DNA of 10,947 bases, taken from an uncultured Holophagales bacterium. GTDB lineage: Bacteria > Acidobacteriota > Thermoanaerobaculia > Multivoradales > UBA5704. The notes below the pieces were generated by a model. That model was not told where the DNA came from. It saw only the letters and a program-made list of their open reading frames with translations, and searched no databases. The translations under genes were made by a program, and so were the position numbers. Of this stretch, positions 1 to 6,924 are shown piece after piece (positions within the stretch are counted from its first letter, which is position 1; each line of letters starts with the position of its first letter). Location of the stretch: contig CAWJGT010000002.1 in assembly GCA_963842525.1 (NCBI GenBank), positions 1-10,947 of the forward strand, read 5' to 3'.

Positions 1-1211
1 GGCCGCGTTGTGCTGCTGGAAGTGGATGACCAGGAACTCCCGCTCCAACTGTTCGAGCGAGATGCAGAAGTCCCGTGCCGCCAAGCCGGCGGTCATGAGG
101 TTGGCGGTGGAGACGAAGAGCTGGACCGGGTCGAAGCTGGCGTTGCCGCCGGGCAGGCGCTCCCAGGCCCTCTTGAAGGGTTCGAGGAGATACCGGGAGG
201 TCCCGAGCGTCATCAGGTTGGCTGCCTGGTAGCCCCAGTCGAGTGGGTTGAGGGAGATGCTGGCGACCTGCCTCGGCCGGTTGGCGACGAAGATCGCCTC
301 GGCCGGGATCCTGCCCGCCCGGTCCACGGTGAACCGGATGATCTCGATGGCGGCCTCGAACTCGCCGGGACCGTAAGACAGCAGGCCCGGCCGAGGGTTC
401 TTGATGAAGGCGTAGCCGAAGCCGTAGCGGCCCAGCAGGCCGGGCGTGGGCTCTTCCTCGTCGAAGACGAAGTCGCGGTTCATGACGAGGTAGCTCCCTT
501 CGTTGAGCGGCACGACCAGGCTCGGCGCGCCGGGGCCGAAGGGCTGAAAGGAAAATCTGAAGTCGAAGATGCGGACCGAGGGCAGGATCCATTCGAGCTC
601 CGGCCCGATGCGGCGCAGGTCGACGATCTCGTAGCGGTCGCTCTCCGGAAACCCGCGAACCTCGCCGCTGCGCCCTCTGAAAAATGTTGCGAGAAGCCGA
701 AGCCGACCTGCGACGGGTTTTCCTCCGGGCACCAGCTCAGGGGGCGCAGCAGGCCGGGCACCCGGGTCCGGTCCTCGGCCGGGATGTACGCCTCCGGCAG
801 GCGGAAGTGGCTGACGCGCATGAAGTAGCGCAGCACGAACTGGCGGAGCTGGTCGCGTGTCCACTGCACCGCCTTGGCCTTGTCCGCGACCGGCGACTTG
901 GGCTGGTCGTAGAAGAGGGACTGGTAGTTGCCCATGATCGCCATGTCGCGGCCTTCGACCTGGGCGACGTCGAAGAAGCCGAAGCTCTCGTCCGGGCGGT
1001 TGAAGCTGACGGTGAGCGGGAACTTCTGCGCGAAGCTGTCGGTGGCGCAGGCCCGGTCCCACCAGCGCTTGAGATCCAGGCCCCGGCGCAGGTAGAGATC
1101 GGCGCTGTCGAGCACATCCCGCTCGTCCTGCGAGACGCTCCAGGGGGATGCGGCCTGCCTGCCGCAACAGCCGTTTCCGCCCCAGACGCCGGCTTGAGCC
1201 GTCGAGCTCAC
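1..1211 (-). CDS. Uncharacterised protein, >400 aa, 3' end outside the window; one apparent frameshift near 682
   Basis: The GTG start at 1211 overlaps the upstream TGA (GTGA) and has a GAGGAG RBS 8 nt upstream. The ORF-track frame reads naturally to ...VGFGFSQHF. Adding one base to the A5 run at 680-684 gives an open frame to base 1 (FRGRSGEVRGFPESDRYEIVDLRRIGPELEWIL...GRYGFGYAFIKNP...YGPGEFEAAIE...FVANRP...EREFLVIHFQQHNAA) with strongly GC-ending codons. No family recognised. Confidence 0.8.
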
Positions 1212-2113
1212 GTTGGCGTCTCCTCATTCGTCTGCCACGTACAGCGCAGGGTGTATCCGCCGTTGTAGTGCTTCTCGGGGAACCAGAGCGTCGCCCGGCC
1301 TTCATAGCCTGGAAGATCGCCTCGGCGGACGTGGACTCCCTGGCTGCCGTAGTTGTCCACTCCCGACGTGTCGCCCGCCCTTTCGTTCCGCTGGATCTCG
1401 CAGGTGTAGGCCCGTGGATCGGCGCTGACCGGCAGGTATCCGGGCGGCAGGCCGTGCCGGACAAAACCGTAGGTGCGGCTTTCGATGGCGAGCGTGCCTT
1501 CCAGGGTGACGTCGTAGTTTTTCCCGTTCCACGCCTTGGTGAGGGTCACGCGGCCTCTCCCGCCGACCTGCGAGGGGGTGCCGGAGCCGCCCCAAGTCAG
1601 GATCGAAGGCGGCGAAACCGGCGCAGGCGTGACGACGGGCCGCGGCGAAACCCCGCGCAGTGCGTCGCGAATGCCCTCAAGGGCCTCGGTCTTCTTGCTC
1701 TTGCATTTGAGCGGCCAGCGGGCGAGCACCTGGTAGGACACCCGGATGTATCTCTTCTCGTCCAGCGGGATCCGATGCCGGCGGCCGGACTCTCCATCTG
1801 GCTGCAGGTATTCGGCGATGACCCAGGCCGCGAAGCCGTCTGCGGTCATCCCGCCCGTCACCAGGATCTCGCCGGAGCCGTCTGGCAGGATCTTCTCCTC
1901 ACAGCGGCGCACGGAGACGAGGGTGTAACGCACGAGCTTCAGGGAATTGTCCTGAAGATCCCGGGAGTCCCAGTCCGGAGCCGCCGTCTCGCGGGACGCC
2001 GGCTCCCAGAACGGCAAGGGCCGCGAGGTGCCCGAGGTGCCTAGCGCGTGCACCATCTGCCCCACGGTGGCATCGATGAACGTGCCGAGGAAGCTCTGGA
2101 GCGTCCACATCAT
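1208..2113 (-). CDS. Uncharacterised 'DGFAAWVIA'-domain protein B (~301 aa) with a Pro-rich linker and a C-terminal beta-rich extension
   Basis: Intact ORF. The likely start is ATG 2113, coupled to the upstream stop (TGATG), rather than the track's 2215. The core KLVRYTLVSVRRCEEKI...DGFAAWVIAEYLQ...EKRYIRVSYQVLARW is paralogous to the 3264-3967 product. Confidence 0.8.
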   Translation of the reverse strand: MMWTLQSFLGTFIDATVGQMVHALGTSGTSRPLPFWEPASRETAAPDWDSRDLQDNSLKLVRYTLVSVRRCEEKILPDGSGEILVTGGMTADGFAAWVIAEYLQPDGESGRRHRIPLDEKRYIRVSYQVLARWPLKCKSKKTEALEGIRDALRGVSPRPVVTPAPVSPPSILTWGGSGTPSQVGGRGRVTLTKAWNGKNYDVTLEGTLAIESRTYGFVRHGLPPGYLPVSADPRAYTCEIQRNERAGDTSGVDNYGSQGVHVRRGDLPGYEGRATLWFPEKHYNGGYTLRCTWQTNEETPT

Positions 2114-3220
2114 CAGTCCGGAGCTCCTCTGCCCGGTAGGGGGCAACGGAACAGCGCGGCCAACCCGCCGCTCTGCCGGAGCCTCGGGTAGGTCTGCCGC
2201 AGCGCCGTCTCGCAAGGGCCGGTCACGAGGTCGCGCCCGAGCGCCGGCAGGCCCGGACGGGAGCCATCCGGGCGGTACCCGAGGAAGTTGGCCAGGTGAG
2301 GGTCGTGCCCCACGGCGTCGTACCAGATGAGCACGGCCGAGGAGACGCCGTTCGCGAAAGCTTCGCCGGACGCGATCTCATGGCCATGGCGCCACAGCAC
2401 GTCCGCGAGGACCTCGGGGTGCCGGATGTTGACCAGGGTGAGGGCCCAGGACAGGCCGGCCGTCGCGTTGAGCCGGCCCGGCTCGTGCGGCGGCTCGTCG
2501 CACGCCTTGCGGAAGGCGCGGCCGGCGGCGCCACTCCAGGGCAGGGCGTGAGTGGGCGCGAAGTAGAGGCCCCGGCCCACGCCGTGCCAGAAGAGCTCGG
2601 CGAGATCCGGAGCGGCCCATTGCAGCCAATCCCCGAGCCCCTGGACGCGGTACGGGTAAAGGTTCCTCGCCACGAGCCCCAAGGCTTCGGCGGCAAGGTC
2701 CCGATAACCGGGAAGGGCGTTCTCTGCCCAGAGAGCCAGCCAGCCCTCCAGGCCGGTGGCGCTCCGGTCGGTCTCCAGCAGCCGGGTGGCGAAAAAGAGC
2801 GCCGCGCCGGTGTGGAGCGGGATGGCGGCGCGGTCCGGCAGCCTTTCCAGGAACCGCCGCGGAGGGTCCACCGCGGCCCACGCGTAGCCTAGGCCCTCGG
2901 CCGTCCATAGGAACGGGTAGGTGCCGAGCTCCGCGGGATGGGGTATGGCGGAGGCCTGCTGGAAGCGCTCGAACGCTTCGAGCTTGTTGGCGAGCTCGAG
3001 CCATTCGAGCCCCGCCGCGGCCGGCAGAACGGCTCCCGCGGCCGCGGCCGATTGCTGCAGCATCCGCAGGGCCGCCCCCATGCCTTCGCGGATGGCAGTC
3101 TCTCCCAGCGCCGTCGAGACTTGGCGAGCGCCGAGCATCATCATCGAAGAGGACAGATCCATCATCGATTCGGCGAGCTCCTGGAACGTACTCCGGGGCA
3201 CTGTCCACCAGATTGCTCAT
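2113..3220 (-). CDS. Uncharacterised predicted helical 'WHGVGR' protein B (~362-368 aa), paralog of 5566-6909
   Basis: Open frame 3201-2113. The start is either GTG 3201 or ATG 3220, which directly follows AAGGAGG and needs one base removed from a 4-base run near 3195-3198 to read MSNLVDSARSTFQELAESMM. Motifs LWTAEGLG, LHTGAAL, PGY...EALGLVAR, FWHGVGRGLYFAP, AGLSWALTLV and FANGVSSA all match the 5566-6909 product in order. Confidence 0.82.
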
Positions 3221-3263
3221 CCTCCTTCGCACCGGCCCCGGAAGGCCATGGAGATCCGCTCAG

Positions 3264-3967
3264 CTACGCCCTGGCCTCGCTGGGCCGGAATCCCCGGATC
3301 GCTCTCTCGATGTCGCGCAGGACGTCGACCTGCCGGTTGTCGCAGCAGTCTTCCGGACGCCGCCACGACTCCAGGACCCGATGGTAGACCCGGAGATATC
3401 TCTTCTCGGAACGGGAGAGCCGCGGCCCGCTGTCCCTCGATTCCCGCTCTCTGTCGTCCCCCTCTCCGTGGTCCTCCCTTCTCCCTTCGTGCCTGTGCTC
3501 GTGCCTCTCGTCGTCGTCCTCTCCCTGCAGGTAGCGCGCGATGACCCAGGCGGCGAAACCATCATCCTCCATGTCATCCGCGTAGATGACCTGCCCCTCT
3601 TGATGATCCGCTCGTCACAGGGTTTGATCGACACGATCGTGTACTCGACCAAGTTGACGGTCTCGTCGTGATCACAGCAGTTGCAAGATGACATGTGTCG
3701 TTCCTCCTTACTGGCTTCTTGATTGGCTTCTTGGGTCCATGAGTTGTCTCTATGCGTTCCAGCCCCCGGGAATCCCATGCCCAGGGCATTTCCATTTCCA
3801 TACGGGTTCGAGTTGTAGAAACCCTGTCCGCCCCCCGGCTGCTGCATGCCGCGCATCCCTCCGAGCGATCCGAGCGCTCCGATCGCCCCAATCGCTCCAG
3901 TAAATGCGTTGATGAGCCGAAGGCCATCAAAGGGCATCAACATCATCTGAGTGAAAATCTGCGTCAT
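3264..3967 (-). CDS. Uncharacterised 'DGFAAWVIA'-domain protein A (~234 aa) with a Gly/Met-rich N-region, Cys clusters and a charged His-containing insertion; one apparent frameshift near 3595
   Basis: ATG 3967 has GAGGAGGT upstream. The frame runs MTQIFTQMMLMPF...MSSCNCCDHDETVNLVEYTIVSIKPCDERIIKRG. Adding one base to the C4 run at 3594-3597 joins it to QVIYADDMEDDGFAAWVIARYLQ...EKRYLRVYHRVLESW...IERAIRG. The join is supported by colinearity with the uninterrupted paralog at 1208-2113. Confidence 0.78.
3703..3710 (-). promoter_or_regulatory. Internal Shine-Dalgarno (TAAGGAGG) ahead of in-frame ATG 3694
   Basis: The minus strand reads TAAGGAGG-aacgacac-ATG: a perfect 8-nt SD with an 8-nt spacer, in frame with ATG 3967 (codon 92). 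Confidence 0.65.
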
Positions 3968-3976
3968 GTTCCATGC

Positions 3977-3984
3977 ACCTCCTC
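3977..3984 (-). promoter_or_regulatory. Shine-Dalgarno (GAGGAGGT) for the gene starting at 3967
   Basis: Lies in the short gap between the stop at 3994 and ATG 3967. Confidence 0.7.
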
Positions 3985-3993
3985 GCGTCTCAC

Positions 3994-5569
3994 TCACCGG
4001 GTCCTCCCCAGAGCCCACAGCAGAAAGCCTCCGACCACCAGGAAGAGAGTCGCGGAGACCTTCTCTCCTTGACCGGCGAGCGCGCCCGCCTGCACAAAAT
4101 AGTGCAATAGCAGAGCCAATGCGGCCATTACCATCAACGCCGCGGCGAGCACGAGATGCGAGCTTTCCGCGCGCCGCGGCGCACGGCCCTCTCGCGGGGA
4201 AGCCAGCCGCGCATCCTCCTCGGCGCCCCGGGTCAGCAACTCGTCGAGCCGTTGCGGCAGCGACACCATCAGCAGGGCGTAGCGGTCGAGCTGACCGCTC
4301 CAACTGTCGAAGCTCATCGCCTCCCGCACCTGCGAGAAGCCGGCGAGCAGACGAACTCCTGCAAACCTTCGCTCAGCGGATCATACCCCGCGCGAGCCGC
4401 TGGCTCAGGAGGGCTACCGCGAAGAGCCCGCGATAGAGCTCCAGCAGGGGACGGCGCGGGCGGTAGCCGCACTCCCGAGCCGTGCGCGCGTAGAGGAAAA
4501 GGTGCTCGGCCAGGCTCTCACCGCTGGGGGTCCAGGAGCCGTCCCGGAAGGGCACGATCTGGCGCAGGCGCAACCGTAGCTCCTCCTCTGATCTCGCGCC
4601 GTCCTCGCACCATCTCCCGCAACAGAGCGGTGCAGGCAGCGTCCGGGTCGCGCGAGACCACGGCCACCAGAGCCTCCCCTAGATCGGGCGGCAGGGCCGT
4701 GGTCGAGCGGGCGAAAGCGGTACCCTGGAAAGCAATCCGGCCCTCTGGCAGCACGCGCACGTCTTCCGCGCCCAGATCGAGCGGGAACAACCGGCCCGCG
4801 AGCACCTGGCGCCACCAGAGGGCGCAGAAGCTCCGCGCCAGCTCTCGCGAGCCCGCGGGGGCCACCTGGCTCAAGGAGACGCCTCCCGGGTCCGCGACCG
4901 TGAGCAGCCGCGCCGTCGTGAGACGCGGAAGACCGCCGCACGGCCAGGCGTTGAAGACCTCCGCGTCCCCCGCCAGCAGGTCGAGGTCCTGGACCGCGGC
5001 CGGAGATCCGCCTGCTCGTGCAGGTGCTGCCGGAAGCCTTCGAGCGTGTCTTTGACGGCCGCGGCCGTCCAACCCTGGGCCACCAGGGCCTCGCCGGCGA
5101 GCGGCAGCACCTCCAGATCGGCCTCGACTCCCTCAGCCGTGTCCTCCCGGACCAGCCGCACGATCACGGGCTCTCCGCCCGCCAAACGGCCCCGGTGCGC
5201 CTGAAGGAAGAGCCGGGACTCGAACGGCTCCGCCTCCAGATCCGCGAACCCATTCGCGAACGGACGGCCCAACTCGGCCACGATCCGCTCGTGGACCGCG
5301 CCGGCCGGCAGCGGCGGCACCCGATCGGACAGACTGGCCAGCTCGAGGGCGTCGCCTACCGCGAGGAGGTCGACGCGCGAGGCGAGATAGAGCCCGAAGG
5401 CCGAGAAGACCGGGCCGAGCTCCTCGAAAGCCCCGCGCAGGCGGCGGCCGAGCGTGGCCCCGGAAGCCCCAGCCTCCAGGCGGTGCGGACGGCGCAGCAA
5501 CTCCCAGCGGGCGAGGCAGGCCTCGACACCGCTCCGCCGCTGGCGCTCCGCACTGCGCTGCGGGTTCAT
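3994..5569 (-). CDS. UbiB/ABC1/AarF-fold pseudokinase with two C-terminal transmembrane helices (~525 aa); about 4 apparent frameshifts
   Basis: ATG 5569 overlaps the upstream stop (ATGA). The N-terminus RRLRGAFEELGPVFSAFGLYLASRVDLL...LASLSDRVPP...IVAELGRP...FADLEAEPF matches the ABC1 pattern RLRxALEELGPTFIKLGQxLSTRPDLL...LQDxVPP...ELG...FxxFDxEPL. Joined from track ORFs 4871-5569, 4518-5072, 4373-4573 and 3994-4329. It ends in two hydrophobic segments (LVLAAALMVMAALALLLHYFV; ATLFLVVGGFLLWALG). Confidence 0.8.
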
Positions 5570-6909
5570 CTCGCCACCCCTCTCTCGATCTTTGCGACCA
5601 GCGCCGCCAATTCCTGATACCGGAAGATCTCACCCAGACGGCCCTGCCGCTTGAGCACCGGGTAGTAGACGTCGAGCGCGGTCTCGGCGGGGGTCCGCAC
5701 CAGGTGCTGCCACAGGTCCGCCACCCAAGTTCCGGGGGCTGGTACTCGTAGAAGGTGGCGAGGAACGGCGCCTCCGGCGTCGTATCGGCTCGCATGATGG
5801 CCGAGGAGGCCACGCCATTCGCGAAACCGCCATCGCGCGCCAGCTCCTCGCCATAGGGCGAAATCAGCAGCTCGGCGAGGATGCGCGGGTCGCGCTGGGC
5901 GACGAGCACGTAGGCCCAGGCCGCGCCGGCCAGAGCGCTCAGGCGTGCCTGCTCGTCCGGGGCCTCGCGCCAAGCCATCTCGAAGATGAAGGGGTCGGAG
6001 CCCGGCACGAAGTTGACGGGCGCGAAGAAGAGCGCCCGGCCCACCCCGTGCCAGTAATAGCCCAGGACGTCGGGAGCGATGTCGCGCACCGCGCGGTCGA
6101 CCGCCCCAACCAGGCCGGAATGGAACGTGCGGGTCACCAGCCCGAGCGACTCGTAGGCGGCGCCGACGTAGCCGGGCCGCGAATTTTCATGGCAGAGCTG
6201 GAGGATCCGCGCCACGATGCGGCGCAGCTCCGGGTCCGGCGTGTTGGTCCTGACGCCATTCAGGCAGGTCTGCGCGAAGGACAGCCCGATGCCGGCGTGC
6301 AGCATGGCCAGGTTCTTGTCCGGCAGGCCGCTCGTCCTCTCGTCGTCGAGGATGCCGTGGGGGGTGACGCCCTGCTCCCAGAAACTGTCCCCGTAATCGT
6401 GCCCCAGTCCCTCGACCGCCCAGAGGGCGCGGAAGGGACCCAGGCCGTAGGCGCGGCCGAGCAGCTCGTAGAGTGGGAAGGGCGGGTCCGTGGGGACGCC
6501 GATGAGCTTCGCCACGTCCAGAACCAGGCAGAAGACTCCCCCTTGTCCCGCAGCTCGGTCAGGCGAGATCGCCCACGCCGCGGGCAAGTTGGCGGGCGGC
6601 CTCGCCCGAGCGCTGTGCCACGTCGCCCGACGTTTCCACCCAGAGGCGCGGGTCGAGCAGGTCGGGCGTGAGGAAGTTCGGCCCCATCGTCAGCAGGGCG
6701 TTCTGGAAGCACTGGCCGAGTTGGTAGAAGCGGCGCAGACAGCCCTCGGTTCCCAGCGTCTCCGCCGCCGTGCCGGTCACGGCGTCGAAGGCGCTGCTCA
6801 CCCGCTGGCGGTCCCGCGAAAGTGGCGAGAACGCGCGCACGAGTTGCTGGGCGCCGTACAGCGGCATGGCCCACGAGAGGCTCAGAGCCGCTTTGGTCAG
6901 GTCTCGCAT
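5566..6909 (-). CDS. Uncharacterised predicted helical 'WHGVGR' protein A (~447 aa) with an N-terminal 'SWAMPLYG' domain; about 3 apparent frameshifts
   Basis: ATG 6909 has GAGG upstream. Joined pieces: MRDLTKAALSLSWAMPLYG... (6909 to ~6570), LTELRDKGE, VFCLVLDVAKLIG...YWHGVGRALFFAP...FYEYQPP (to ~5735), and ...LVRTPAETALDVYYPVLKRQGRLGEIFRY...ERGVAR* (stop 5566). The joins are supported by the intact paralog at 2113-3220 (ELANKLEAF vs ELRDKGEVF; ETALRQTYPRLRQSGGLAALFR vs ETALDVYYPVLKRQGRLGEIFR). Confidence 0.8.
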
Positions 6910-6924
6910 CAGGGCCTCGACCGG

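Noticed and set aside
680-684. Programmed frameshifting or phase variation at homopolymer runs (also 3594-3597)
   Set aside because: The runs are only 4-5 nt and indels are scattered through nearly all genes, so sequencing error is the simpler explanation.
10-2044. Long plus-strand ORFs (10-828, 684-1268, 1148-2044) and similar ones elsewhere (2296-2892, 5018-5617, 6048-6671, 8539-9036, 9526-9984, 9981-10619)
   Set aside because: They lie antisense to motif-bearing minus-strand genes and have no recognisable motifs. Such shadow ORFs are expected in GC-rich DNA.
3845-3900. Collagen-like protein or CRISPR-like repeat
   Set aside because: Only about five G-X-Y units with no Pro, and no repeat-spacer structure or cas genes.
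3260-4303. 347-aa ORF 3260-4303 and 484-aa ORF 5133-6587 taken as single genes
   Set aside because: Both are chimeras of a real coding segment with off-frame Arg/Gly/Ala-rich read-through overlapping neighbouring genes.
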